A stretch of DNA of 45,160 bases from a virus (Duplodnaviria; Caudoviricetes): positions 1-45,160 of the IMG/VR virus record IMGVR_UViG_3300046009_003661; one strand, written 5' to 3'. The notes below the pieces were generated by a model. That model was not told the origin of the DNA, did no database searches, and was given only the letters and a program-made list of their open reading frames with translations. The position numbers and the translations under genes are program-made. Shown in pieces: positions 8,808 to 19,205 of the stretch (the first letter of the stretch is position 1; each line of letters starts with the position of its first letter).

Positions 8808-10247
8808 TTATGTTAACGGTGTAGATCGCCATCCTCCATTTAACCAAACAAATAGTTTATATACTGCACCGTTATCTCCAAATACCATTTCACCTTGAAC
8901 GCCAGTCCATCCGGGAGTGCTACTAACAGTGGTAGGTATAACAATTGAGCCAGATGGGGTAACTTTGAATGCATCTTTTCTAGTAGCATTGTCTACTCCA
9001 TTTCCTACAATAAATAAAGAAGTAGTATCTCCATGTGTATTGTATTGTCCTGAAACATGTTGGTGCGAACCCGATGCTATTGTACTATATCCTTCTGCGT
9101 GTGAAAAATCTCCGATTGCTTGAGTACTTTTTCCTTCTGCATGTGAACCAGATCCGATTGCTTGAGTACTATTTCCTTCTGCGTGTGAATAATCTCCGAT
9201 TGCTTGAGTACTACCTCCTTCTGCGTGTGAATATGATCCGGATGCTATTGAACCAGAGCCTTCTGCGTGTGAAGCTTCGCCTAGTGTTTGAGTAACACTT
9301 CCTTCTGCGTGGGAGCGTCTTCCGATTGTAGTTGTGTAAATTCCTTCTGCATGTGAAGCAACTCCGATTGCTTGAGTATTAGTACCTTCAGCATGTGATG
9401 CATATCCGATTGCTTGAGTCCCGATTCCTTCTGCGTGGGAGTATTGTCCAAGTGCATAAGTACTATCTCCTTCTGCATGTGAATATTGTCCTCCAATTGG
9501 ACTTCCACCAGCCCAATTTCCAATACCATATGTAATATTTCCTATACTTGCTGTTGTGGTTGTTAATCCTGCTGTAAAATACACCTGAGTAATAGAGCCT
9601 GAGTAACTGGATGAAATTACTGACAATGTTTGTGTTCCATATTCAGCATCATATGCTGTATCATCAAATAGTACTAGATCACCTGCCATATATTCAGCTG
9701 ATAAATCTCCATAATCTAAGCTTAGTGAGCATGTACCGGCTGTTATACTATCAGCTCCGTATCCTTGGGAATAGCCGGCAAATGTTGCAGAACCTTCGGC
9801 GTGTGAATAATTTCCATTAGCTTCGCTGCTTTCCCCTTCTGCATGTGAGTATAGTCCGTTTGCTTTTCCTCCGCCTTGCACAAACGAAGATTGTGCTGTT
9901 AATTTGTTTCCATCAAATGTTAATGAACCTTCTCCATTTATAGTTCCAGTACCAGTTGCTGTGAGTATATAGTCATCTACATTATCTGTTATAGCGGTTG
10001 CTATGCTGTTAGCTTCAGATGCAGTACCTGCTGTATTAGCGGCTAACGCAAAACTAGCTAATGATGCTGTTTGAGCAAATGAAGCACTAGTTACTGTTCC
10101 AACAACATTAGAGGCTGTTACAAATGAAGCCGTTGTTGCTGTTCCTTGCAATGATCCGGTTATACCTCCAGTTACCGTTAGAGATCCGGTAATTTGTGAA
10201 TCACCTTCCGCAAGGTATCCATTCTTTATTTTAAACTCATTTGCCAT
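8808..10247 (-). CDS. Tail fibre/adhesin-like protein with YadA-head-like (SHAEG) repeats
   Basis: Many 14-aa A.G..SHAEG..T repeats. TGS/TAS-rich N-terminus; C-terminal LFIVGNG...RKDAF.V neck-like motif. Confidence 0.75.
   Translation of the reverse strand: MANEFKIKNGYLAEGDSQITGSLTVTGGITGSLQGTATTASFVTASNVVGTVTSASFAQTASLASFALAANTAGTASEANSIATAITDNVDDYILTATGTGTINGEGSLTFDGNKLTAQSSFVQGGGKANGLYSHAEGESSEANGNYSHAEGSATFAGYSQGYGADSITAGTCSLSLDYGDLSAEYMAGDLVLFDDTAYDAEYGTQTLSVISSSYSGSITQVYFTAGLTTTTASIGNITYGIGNWAGGSPIGGQYSHAEGDSTYALGQYSHAEGIGTQAIGYASHAEGTNTQAIGVASHAEGIYTTTIGRRSHAEGSVTQTLGEASHAEGSGSIASGSYSHAEGGSTQAIGDYSHAEGNSTQAIGSGSHAEGKSTQAIGDFSHAEGYSTIASGSHQHVSGQYNTHGDTTSLFIVGNGVDNATRKDAFKVTPSGSIVIPTTVSSTPGWTGVQGEMVFGDNGAVYKLFVWLNGGWRSTPLT
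9040..9860. repeat. 42-bp coding repeats (SHAEG units) in two blocks
   Basis: CCTTC(T)GC(A/G)TG(T/G)GA recurs with 42-nt period over about 9090-9485 and again at about 9793-9850. Confidence 0.85.
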
Positions 10248-10283
10248 ATCTGTTCACTTTCCGAGATTAGGTTAATACTTTGT

Positions 10284-10292
10284 TATAAATAT
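10284..10292 (-). promoter_or_regulatory. Putative late promoter ATATTTATA (SHAEG fibre)
   Basis: Exact intergenic motif. Confidence 0.65.
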
Positions 10293-10299
10293 GATTAAA

Positions 10300-10569
10300 T
10301 TATAGTTCCATTGATGGGTTTGGATCTGTCCATTCGGGAGTTGCTAGTATTGCTAACACTTCCTCGTATGTGTATGGGCCTTCTTTTGTTTGTAAGTCTA
10401 ATACGCATTGAGGAATTAGTCCGTCCCATTTTACAAATGTTTTTGTACTATCAATACTTTTGCGTACTGTGTCTTGTGATGTTTCATGTACTTGATTAAA
10501 ATCAATTTGATTGAGTTCTGATATATTGAATATCATAAATTGTCTGGTTTCGTAGTTTTGTGTTTCCAT
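10300..10569 (-). CDS. Hypothetical protein
   Basis: 89-aa ORF tightly packed with its neighbours; no recognised function. Confidence 0.7.
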   Translation of the reverse strand: METQNYETRQFMIFNISELNQIDFNQVHETSQDTVRKSIDSTKTFVKWDGLIPQCVLDLQTKEGPYTYEEVLAILATPEWTDPNPSMEL

Positions 10570-10572
10570 AGT

Positions 10573-11292
10573 TTATAGTCCGAATCGGGTTCTAGTTGCA
10601 TTGTAATTTTGTAGAATTTCTGTTGAGGTAAGTATACGATTATACATACTAAAATTATAACAACTACCATTCCACCAATTATCAGCAATTCTAGTTGCCA
10701 ATCGTATACTATTAAAATTGGCAACGTATGCTTGGCTTATGATGTTCCGTAATACGCCATTGACATATATTTGGTGACCCGCAGAACCCAAGGTTACGGT
10801 ATACATGCTAATGTTATTGGCATCTACCCCCAATGTCCACGTATATACAAAAAAATCAATATTTTGTGTTGGACCACCGGTACCTCTGAAACCACGGCCT
10901 GTATTACCCCAAATTTCTAAGTCAAATTGGCGAAACGTTTGAGAACTATTATTAGATAATCCAAACAATGCTTGTCTATTAGCTTGATTTGAATCCATTG
11001 TGTTGCTTTTCATGACTATATTAAATGTATAGTTATTTGCGGTGCTACCACTGTATGGGATAATAATTGAATCATTCACCCCATCAAATACAATATTACC
11101 GCCATTTCCACTTGAAAATGTAGGTCCATTAGTTAATGTACCATTACTACCGCCTCGAGATAAATCTATCCATGTAGATGATCCAGAAACATATGATTTT
11201 GTATTAGCTGCATCTAAATAAAGTACTAATCCATCTGTTACAGTGTTTGGGCCTTTTATAGCTTGCGAACCCGATTGTATACGTATTGCCAT
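10573..11292 (-). CDS. Concanavalin A-like lectin / LamG domain virion protein
   Basis: VTDGLVLYLDAAN.KSY..GS.TW.DLS...FDG.ND...IYVNG...YNRILT..EI.QNYNA...RFGL. Confidence 0.85.
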   Translation of the reverse strand: MAIRIQSGSQAIKGPNTVTDGLVLYLDAANTKSYVSGSSTWIDLSRGGSNGTLTNGPTFSSGNGGNIVFDGVNDSIIIPYSGSTANNYTFNIVMKSNTMDSNQANRQALFGLSNNSSQTFRQFDLEIWGNTGRGFRGTGGPTQNIDFFVYTWTLGVDANNISMYTVTLGSAGHQIYVNGVLRNIISQAYVANFNSIRLATRIADNWWNGSCYNFSMYNRILTSTEILQNYNATRTRFGL

Positions 11293-11296
11293 AACT

Positions 11297-14200
11297 TTAA
11301 AGTCCTCGTATTATACATTTTGTGGTCCATGCTCCTGAAGTTGAAGACCCAGTTAATGCCATGTTTGACCCGGTTATTATCACAGTAAATGAAACTGCGG
11401 AGGTACTTCCAAAGTCGGTTGTAGTAGTTTCTGCAAAGTTAACTGCAGAACCCGATTGGATAGCCATTATTGTACCTGCTCTAGCATTTGAGCCTGATCG
11501 AATAGAGTATTCAAAAAATGCAGTATCATATGATGCAGTTGGTAAACTATATACTATAAAAGAACCTGAGTTAGTTTGTACGGTTTTAGCTGTCGTAATT
11601 AACATTGGATCTTGAAAGTCACCTATCAGAGTAGTGCGATCTGAAAATACTCCTAGTATGGGTATTCCTGAGATATCGTTTACTGAAAATAGACTTCCGC
11701 TAAAACTATCTGTTACACTGAATAATTCACCTTGCGAACCTTGTACTGTGAATACTGGTAGTGCGGATCCAGATCCGAACACTGTTAATGTTGACCCAGA
11801 TACTGTTCCGTTTGAACTAGATATAGATGCACGGGATGCTGATACATTTTGTGTTATAGAAACCGATCCCGTTACTAGAACACTACCAGTAATATCTAAC
11901 GAAGCAGATGGTGATAATTTCCCAATACCAACCCTTCCTATGTTATCAATTACAAATGGAGATGCATCTGGTCTTGTATCATCTTCAACTAAAAATGAAT
12001 TAAATGAAGATGTATTATTAACATGCAGGGATGCTGATGGTGTTAATAGGTTACTTCCAATTGCCAAACCAACTGTGGTTAAAGCCATTGATGAAGTACT
12101 ATTATTTTCCCATGTAAATAAAGTTCGGTTTCGAATTTGCCCAACTGCTGCAGATTGACTCATTACTAGGAAAGTCATTGCAGGATTGGCGTTGGCAGCA
12201 CTATCATTACCAATTTGTGCTATAAGTTGTAATCCGATTCCTGTACCAGTTGATGAATGAAAGCTTCGAATAGTTGGGACAAATGCGCCAGCTGTTGTAG
12301 AATAATTAGTTAACTGAAAAAATGCTCCGGGAACATCAGACATTCTAAATCCAGCATATACAGCTGTATTATTAACAACGGATGGTGCAGCCACTTGTAA
12401 AGATCCAGTTAATATAATCGATCCGGTTACAATAGCAGAACCAGTATATGGAAATGTTGTATCAGGTGCCCATGATGCACTAGTTGCAAATGAAGCACTT
12501 ACGGCATTTAAAACATAAGATGCTGTTGTTGCTAATCTAGGAGTACCGTTTTCCCATATTCCGCTATTATAAATAAGAGCTTGGCCATTACTAGGAGTAG
12601 TAATCGTTACATCACCTAAATCATTTAATGTTTGTGCAATTGCACCGCCGCTACTAGAACCACCTGCCATATTTCTGAAAATACCACCATTGATTATACT
12701 ATTATTTGTAGCATCTGTTAAGTTGTTAGTTTGTCCTTTTAAAACCAAATATCCAACAAATATCAATGAATGTGCAGTAAATTCTCCTTCTGTAAAACTG
12801 TCGGTAGCTAAATACTGTAATGCATTAATTTTAGTTGTGTATATGTTTTGGCCGTAGTATATTACTACTCGACCGGTTACTGGGTTAGCAAACACTCTTT
12901 GAATTTGCCAATCTCCCGCCGCCATTGTGTTTAACACACCAGTGCCGTCATCCCAATAATCGGGATCGACTGTTGTATAAAATGCGCCACCGTTATTGTC
13001 TAAACGAACTCCAGAACCTGATCTGTATGCTCGAGCTATTGATGAGGTTGCAAAAGCATTGCCGTGATAGTGAGATGGACTATTTGGATTTTGTGGATAA
13101 AATCCGCCCATTTGAAATGCAACACCATTACCTATACCAAAGCCTAAAGTTCCAGGATGTGCATTAATTGAAAATCCGTCTATCTTTAATGGACCAAATG
13201 CTCTAATAAAAGCACTTTGTTGACTATCACTATCATATGTAGTTTGTACATTGCTACCGACACCGGTTATTGTTGAGTAGTTGGGGTGGGTTGCTCGACC
13301 TAAAGGAATTGCTTGTTCATACTGTGTTTGATCAAAAAAGTCAATTTGCTGATGTATTGTTCCTACACTATCAACGTATATGTATGTGTTTTGTGATGAA
13401 GTTAAATACGTAGCAGATGCTGAATAATTCGGCCATGTTACATAGGTAAACTGTGGATTAATCTCTGATGAAAAACTAGCATTAGGATCAAGTATCACGC
13501 CGGAGCCCGATGATACATATATGGTAGCCCCCGATGCAGATATAATACCTCCATACAAAAGACCACTACTTATTCCACCTTCAAGCCACTTGAACTTAAC
13601 TAGATTACCATTTTGACGATAATATAAATCATATCCTTGTGTTGTATTTGATGCTGATGTGAACAGAAATGATGCTGTTAGGTTTGTACCGCCTGGATCT
13701 TGTGCTGGGTCTAAACGAAATGTTCCTGCTAAAGTTAGATCTGCTAGTGCATTAATTGATCCGGATACATAAATTGATCCAGACAAATTTGTTTGACCTA
13801 CTAATGTGTTGTTTCCTATTTGAGTTGTAGATCCACTTACGTTTACAGATCCTGTCACTCCTAAACTACCTGTTATAAGAGCAGATCCAGTAAATGGGAA
13901 TGGTGATACACTAGGTGCCCATGACGCACTTAAAGCATTTAATGCATAAGATGATGTAGTTGCAAATGATGCTGTACCAAATAAACTTCCGGTAATACTT
14001 GGCAAATTTGCAGAGCCGGTAACTTCTAAACTACCACTAACAATTGTTCGGCCGATTAATGTTTGAGTGTCGTTTGTAGCATCTCCGAATTGATTTGAAC
14101 CACTTGAATATATAACTGAAGCTGATTCATATGTTACGTTTAAAAAAGCAATTGATGCTGTTCCTAATACTGATACATTGCCTGATATAGTTCCGCCAGT

Positions 14201-15484
14201 TAATGGTAAGTATAATGGGGCTAGCGATGCTGTTGCTGCGTAGCTTGAACTTACCGCATTTAAAGCATAGCTAGCAGTTTGAGCAAATGAAGCGGTACCT
14301 AATAAACTTCCAGTAAATCCAGTAGTTGCAACAATCGACCCTGTTACAGTTAATGAACCGGTAATAGTTGCAGATCCTGTAAATGGGAATGCTGGGATAG
14401 ATGATCCACCACTACCAGATGCTTGATATAAATATTTTTGAAATATTAATGCTTGCGATATTCCAATATTTGCTGGAGTAATAGATGAACTTTGTAGCAC
14501 ATATCTAGAACCATATTCTGTTGCACCAAATCGGCTTACCACAAACTCTTTAACATTAGGTTGCATGCTGGTCCAGTAATCTATTCTGGTTAGCTTCCAT
14601 GGTGTAGTTGCAGAGCCGGGAGCTGTTACTGTGTATGATCCGTTTCGTACAGGATTTGATTCACTAACTGCTAACAATCTTACGCCAGATGATGCAGTTA
14701 CGCCTCCAATTACTCCCAATGCTCCACTTGCTGTTGCTGTTAATGTAGCCCCAGCGCCAGGAAACCCAACATATGTTGATCCTGATGCATAAGTAGATAG
14801 TGGCAATGGCGCTGTTGTAACAGTATCTATGAATAGTATAGGAAGTGTTTGTGTTGATGTAGATGGTGACTGTGAAAATACAATTGAGCTAGTCCCAATT
14901 ATAGGATTAGGAGTTTGTTGTATATAAGTTTGGTTGGCACCTGTTGTGCCTCGAAGTCCTGTAATTTGAGATGGATACACCTCAGAACCGGTATCATAAT
15001 ATGATACCCGTGTTAAAACAAAAGATGATGTAGGACTTCCTAGATCGGTTATTGAATATAATCCATTTCTTAATGCAGCCGCCTCACTTCTAACTAATAT
15101 AATATCATCTGCTAATGGAGTAGTATTATCTATTTTACCGGGTTGATTAAATTGTCCTAATGCAATAGAGCCAGTCGATATTAAAGTTGCGCCACTGCCA
15201 GATACGCCGTTATTGTATGTACATGGCATTAATCTAGCACTAGTTACTAGATCTGCAAAGTATAATTCGCCTTCTGCAGATCCCGATGTAGGTGGTGTCG
15301 TTGCACTATTTAAAAGAACATATTCACCATTTAATCCAGATAATGCATCCCATCGATACAATGTATTAGCTGATTGATCTAAGTATAAATATTTAATAGA
15401 ACCAGTAGGCTGCGGGAAATTTGCAGATGATGAATACTGCAATATTTCTGATTCTACTTGTGCTAATTTTAATTGTCTTCCCAT
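11297..15484 (-). CDS. Large Ser/Thr/Gly-rich tail fibre / virion structural protein
   Basis: About 1395 aa and modular, with recurring TASFA/SASWAP/FPFTGSA.ITGS motifs and a GRVGIG fibre motif. Start more likely the ATG at 15484 (TAATG overlap) than the GTG at 15493. Confidence 0.75.
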   Translation of the reverse strand: MGRQLKLAQVESEILQYSSSANFPQPTGSIKYLYLDQSANTLYRWDALSGLNGEYVLLNSATTPPTSGSAEGELYFADLVTSARLMPCTYNNGVSGSGATLISTGSIALGQFNQPGKIDNTTPLADDIILVRSEAAALRNGLYSITDLGSPTSSFVLTRVSYYDTGSEVYPSQITGLRGTTGANQTYIQQTPNPIIGTSSIVFSQSPSTSTQTLPILFIDTVTTAPLPLSTYASGSTYVGFPGAGATLTATASGALGVIGGVTASSGVRLLAVSESNPVRNGSYTVTAPGSATTPWKLTRIDYWTSMQPNVKEFVVSRFGATEYGSRYVLQSSSITPANIGISQALIFQKYLYQASGSGGSSIPAFPFTGSATITGSLTVTGSIVATTGFTGSLLGTASFAQTASYALNAVSSSYAATASLAPLYLPLTGGTISGNVSVLGTASIAFLNVTYESASVIYSSGSNQFGDATNDTQTLIGRTIVSGSLEVTGSANLPSITGSLFGTASFATTSSYALNALSASWAPSVSPFPFTGSALITGSLGVTGSVNVSGSTTQIGNNTLVGQTNLSGSIYVSGSINALADLTLAGTFRLDPAQDPGGTNLTASFLFTSASNTTQGYDLYYRQNGNLVKFKWLEGGISSGLLYGGIISASGATIYVSSGSGVILDPNASFSSEINPQFTYVTWPNYSASATYLTSSQNTYIYVDSVGTIHQQIDFFDQTQYEQAIPLGRATHPNYSTITGVGSNVQTTYDSDSQQSAFIRAFGPLKIDGFSINAHPGTLGFGIGNGVAFQMGGFYPQNPNSPSHYHGNAFATSSIARAYRSGSGVRLDNNGGAFYTTVDPDYWDDGTGVLNTMAAGDWQIQRVFANPVTGRVVIYYGQNIYTTKINALQYLATDSFTEGEFTAHSLIFVGYLVLKGQTNNLTDATNNSIINGGIFRNMAGGSSSGGAIAQTLNDLGDVTITTPSNGQALIYNSGIWENGTPRLATTASYVLNAVSASFATSASWAPDTTFPYTGSAIVTGSIILTGSLQVAAPSVVNNTAVYAGFRMSDVPGAFFQLTNYSTTAGAFVPTIRSFHSSTGTGIGLQLIAQIGNDSAANANPAMTFLVMSQSAAVGQIRNRTLFTWENNSTSSMALTTVGLAIGSNLLTPSASLHVNNTSSFNSFLVEDDTRPDASPFVIDNIGRVGIGKLSPSASLDITGSVLVTGSVSITQNVSASRASISSSNGTVSGSTLTVFGSGSALPVFTVQGSQGELFSVTDSFSGSLFSVNDISGIPILGVFSDRTTLIGDFQDPMLITTAKTVQTNSGSFIVYSLPTASYDTAFFEYSIRSGSNARAGTIMAIQSGSAVNFAETTTTDFGSTSAVSFTVIITGSNMALTGSSTSGAWTTKCIIRGL

Positions 15485-16695
15485 TAAATCCACCTTCCAT
15501 TTATAATTATAACATCGGTAGATTCTATAGGATATCCTAATGCTGCGGTATCAAACACAATGGTTTGAATTGTATAATCACTAGGCGTCCATGCATACAA
15601 TTGTTTGTCAATATATTGGCCGTTGATATACACATCAAACTCATTAACACTTGCTATTTGATTGGTTACTGGATTGATTGCTGCATAGTTAGATACACTA
15701 ACCGTTGTTGAATCAACCCATACAGCTTGTTGATCAGTTAAATTAGTTAGATAAATCATGGCTTGTGCCGTAAGTGTTGCTGTTGTGGCTCCGGTTACAT
15801 TTATATTTGCACCAGATGAAGCTGCACGTAAAATTGCTGCTGGTACAATTGTAGTGCTAAATAAATCAACAGCTACATCAACATATTGGTTAAATGATAA
15901 TCTCTTAACCGAATACATTTTTTTAAGAGTTTCAACTCGACTTTCCTGAGCTGACAACAATGTGCCTTGCACCGTTATTGGTACTGTAGCTCGTACTAAT
16001 CGATCTTCACCGACTGTGTTTACTGTTTCAAAACTAAATTGACCAATAGCGGTTGGAAATTTATTGAATTCATTACCCCAACTGAAACGTCCGTACGGTA
16101 ATATTTGATCTACAACTGAATTCAATTGAGATGTAAAGTCACACCAAATCATCATGTCATATTCAATAGTAACATATTTAGGGACATCAATCACATAAAT
16201 TTTTTCGGAGTCTGCTGGTTTTGGAATTGGTATTGGAAACAATTCATCTTCATATCGATTACGTTCATTGTATCGGCTGCGATATACAAGATGATTTGCT
16301 GCTTGTGGTCGATTGACATCCAATGTTCTTTGGGCATCTCTTTCAACTACACTGTTTCTTTTCAACATGATAACTGGAGATTGAAGCATTCCTTTTTCGT
16401 CACGTAAATATCCTAAACGGCGTACATTGTCCCATTTTTCACCATTAGTAAAAATTACAGGAATCGGAATCAATTGATCTGCTGCTGTTATCTGTGGACG
16501 CATTTCATTTTCAATAAACCATTTGATTGCAAAGTCAATATCATACACCGTACGTTGTTTAGTTCGTATTACATCATCATCACGACGAGTTTGATAAGCT
16601 CTGTTCAATATCAGATCATCCGCTAATCCTTCAGTTCGTGTTGGATTAGGTTTATTTGTTTTTCGATCGATATCTTCTCTGTTCAATCTAGGCAT
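15484..16695 (-). CDS. Tail completion / sheath stabiliser (T4 gp15-like) with C-terminal extension
   Basis: IPVIFTNGEKW...P.IMLKR...VP.YVTIEYDMMIW......N.VVDQILP. Follows the gp13 and gp14 homologues. Confidence 0.75.
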   Translation of the reverse strand: MPRLNREDIDRKTNKPNPTRTEGLADDLILNRAYQTRRDDDVIRTKQRTVYDIDFAIKWFIENEMRPQITAADQLIPIPVIFTNGEKWDNVRRLGYLRDEKGMLQSPVIMLKRNSVVERDAQRTLDVNRPQAANHLVYRSRYNERNRYEDELFPIPIPKPADSEKIYVIDVPKYVTIEYDMMIWCDFTSQLNSVVDQILPYGRFSWGNEFNKFPTAIGQFSFETVNTVGEDRLVRATVPITVQGTLLSAQESRVETLKKMYSVKRLSFNQYVDVAVDLFSTTIVPAAILRAASSGANINVTGATTATLTAQAMIYLTNLTDQQAVWVDSTTVSVSNYAAINPVTNQIASVNEFDVYINGQYIDKQLYAWTPSDYTIQTIVFDTAALGYPIESTDVIIINGRWI

Positions 16696-17216
16696 TAAAA
16701 TCCTTTATATGAAGGAGGCATATTGTTTCCTCCGCGTCTTATATTTGTTATTCCTTGTGGTGTTTGTCTTGTTGCATGGGCATCACAAACTACAGATACA
16801 CTGTAACCATGGTTTGAACCATTTGGCCACGTGTCTGGATTTTTACCAGCAAAGTATTGATTTGCATCAACATTGTCTAGTTCATAATATTCATTGTCCC
16901 AAAATATAATATCACCAACTTCCGGATAAAAATCAGCTTTTTCTAGAATATCACGGGATACTGCAAATTGAGCTGTTCTGGTATATGTATGACCGTAATC
17001 ATCCATGGTTGCTGTTTTTGTTTCTTTTGTGATTAAGCACGGAATTAAAATTGAATCGTAATATGATTTTAATTCTGCTTCGCCGTATAAGTTTGAGTTG
17101 CTTGCTGCTACAATTAATTTAAAAAACTCAATTTCGGTATCGATAATTGAATTTAATAATTCTGAGTTAACTGCTGCTAAAAATTTAGCATCTCGTATTC
17201 CTCCAAATAATGCCAT
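16695..17216 (-). CDS. Neck protein (T4 gp14-like head completion)
   Basis: NLYGEA...PEVGDIIFWDNEYYE; synteny gp13-gp14-gp15; AAGGAG RBS. Confidence 0.75.
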   Translation of the reverse strand: MALFGGIRDAKFLAAVNSELLNSIIDTEIEFFKLIVAASNSNLYGEAELKSYYDSILIPCLITKETKTATMDDYGHTYTRTAQFAVSRDILEKADFYPEVGDIIFWDNEYYELDNVDANQYFAGKNPDTWPNGSNHGYSVSVVCDAHATRQTPQGITNIRRGGNNMPPSYKGF

Positions 17217-17228
17217 AATTTATACTCC

Positions 17229-18461
17229 TTAACCAACATATATTTTTAATGGCACTTTGCCAAGTATTTCATTCATCTGTGTAGCTTCTGTATTTTGACG
17301 TGTTAACATTTGTTCTTTTGTTAGTTTGTCTAAGAATTCTCGAAGCTGCGTAATCAATGTTTCTTTTTCTGATTGCGCACTAGATACTAATTCAGATCCA
17401 TTCAGTGTTACTTCGGAATTTGGTATAGGTACTGTCGAATATTTATTACGAACAAACCCTAACATTTCTTTTGCAAGTGATGATCCGTATTTAATAATCC
17501 ACGCACGCCCCATATCATTAATGCTACTGTATGTTTGATATGTATATGGTATATTGGATGCGTCACTTACTGCCCCTTTAACAAGTGCGGTATTACCAAA
17601 TAAAAGGGCATCATTATTTTTTTGTTCTTCAAATAAAAACTCAAACCAAACTTGGCCATAAAATATAGTTGATGATGCAGAACCGGTACCTGATGTTGGC
17701 ACTGGCCAGAACTTAATATCATCTCCATGTACTTCAAATGAATAATGAGATTTACGTACTTGATCATTAAACTCAATTGCTTGCAATCTCATTAAATCAG
17801 CATTGATTGGCATCATCATAAAACTAATTGACGGCGAGAATCCTCCAAAGTTAAATGAATCAAGTAATTGCTGTGAACCCAATCCAGTACCAACGAATGG
17901 GTCAAAATATCTAACAATTGCTGGCGGCGGATTATGTAGTACCCGTTTAATTTCGATCGAACTAGTATTTGATAATGTGATACCTAAAGAATTAGATACA
18001 GCTGTTCTAATACTATATGTTTGCTGGCCGGGCGTCATATCTATCCTAGCTTTGTACCAACGTGCGGTTCCTCCTGAATCAGCTTCTGTACCATATGCTT
18101 TTGATAGTTTCGAAATGTATCCAAATGAGTTACCTACTTGTTGTCCGGTAAAACTAGACCCAGACATAAATCCAGATCCGGTTTGTATACCCAATGTATT
18201 CATCAAATTATTAACAATGTTAACTTGATTAATCTGATTTGAATATTCCATTGTCGCAGCTTCAAATGCTGTGTAGAAATTTATATCTTGAAGTTCGACA
18301 TCCATGATTGGATATCCAATATGCTGTGCTGCATATTTTGCAAATTTGTCTGCATGCTGTTGAAACATAGGATCATTGTCAAAAAATCCAAACGGCGTTG
18401 ATCCTGTCGTAAATGATGAACTTCCTGGCCAGATTGGCTTTTGTACTGAATAATCGGCCAT
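17229..18461 (-). CDS. Neck protein (T4 gp13-like)
   Basis: IGYPIMDVEL near the N-terminus; WI.KY...LAKEMLG.VR.KY....IP...VTLNG.EL near the C-terminus. Confidence 0.85.
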   Translation of the reverse strand: MADYSVQKPIWPGSSSFTTGSTPFGFFDNDPMFQQHADKFAKYAAQHIGYPIMDVELQDINFYTAFEAATMEYSNQINQVNIVNNLMNTLGIQTGSGFMSGSSFTGQQVGNSFGYISKLSKAYGTEADSGGTARWYKARIDMTPGQQTYSIRTAVSNSLGITLSNTSSIEIKRVLHNPPPAIVRYFDPFVGTGLGSQQLLDSFNFGGFSPSISFMMMPINADLMRLQAIEFNDQVRKSHYSFEVHGDDIKFWPVPTSGTGSASSTIFYGQVWFEFLFEEQKNNDALLFGNTALVKGAVSDASNIPYTYQTYSSINDMGRAWIIKYGSSLAKEMLGFVRNKYSTVPIPNSEVTLNGSELVSSAQSEKETLITQLREFLDKLTKEQMLTRQNTEATQMNEILGKVPLKIYVG

Positions 18462-19174
18462 TAGTTATCTCCTTTAAATTTACAATTATTGAAATGATAT
18501 CGATTCATATTGCCTCCGGATTTTGATTTCATTGAACAATGTGGGCATTCAATGTATGGTTTATTGTTTGCCGAATCTTTCATTTTTTGTTTTGTTACAT
18601 CTGAATGTATATATCCGGTTAATGTATTTTTTATTTTAGTTTTAGTTTCGGAACTTAGATTCTTTCCAAAATTATAATGTAGTTCACCACATAATATTAA
18701 TTCTTTTGGTTTTTTTGTACCTTTAAGTGGAGAAACACCATTTTTATAATTAATCTTTTTGCCTAACTTTCTGCATGATTCAGTCTGGCGTCTCTCATCG
18801 GTCCACGATTGTTTTAATTTTAATCGATGTTCTGCACTTTTTGGCTTTTTTGCTAATTGTATATAACTGGTACGGGCTGATTGATATTCCCGAGATGTAA
18901 TTTTATACAACCTAGATTGATTTGAATTATTTAGATTAATCATTGCCCATAACGCATACTTTAATTTATCATTATCCGGGTAAATTTTGCAAAGAAGTTT
19001 ATGAGCGATGAAATGCTCTCGGGCAGTTAACAACACTAAATTTGTTTTATCATTGCTACCATTTAAACATCTAGGAATAATATGATGTTTTTCATAATAA
19101 ATATTATCACATTTTATCCGACACTCATCTAGAGCTCGATTAATAAGATGTGTATATATTTTATTATAATCCAT
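18461..19174 (-). CDS. Free-standing HNH homing endonuclease with NUMOD3-like DNA-binding repeats
   Basis: YEKHHIIPRCLNGSND..NLV.LTAREHFIAH.LL; HSDVTKQKM and SSETKTKI NUMOD3-like motifs; C-terminal CPHC...RYHFNNCK. Confidence 0.9.
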   Translation of the reverse strand: MDYNKIYTHLINRALDECRIKCDNIYYEKHHIIPRCLNGSNDKTNLVLLTAREHFIAHKLLCKIYPDNDKLKYALWAMINLNNSNQSRLYKITSREYQSARTSYIQLAKKPKSAEHRLKLKQSWTDERRQTESCRKLGKKINYKNGVSPLKGTKKPKELILCGELHYNFGKNLSSETKTKIKNTLTGYIHSDVTKQKMKDSANNKPYIECPHCSMKSKSGGNMNRYHFNNCKFKGDN

Positions 19175-19191
19175 TATGTTTTCCTTTTATA

Positions 19192-19200
19192 TATAAATAT
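19192..19200 (-). promoter_or_regulatory. Putative late promoter ATATTTATA (HNH/neck genes)
   Basis: Exact intergenic motif. Confidence 0.7.
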
Positions 19201-19205
19201 TGTTG

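Noticed and set aside
2176-9860. 66-bp and 42-bp repeats as possible CRISPR arrays
   Set aside because: Periods are multiples of 3, inside ORFs, with synonymous-type variation and no unique spacers; no cas genes are present.
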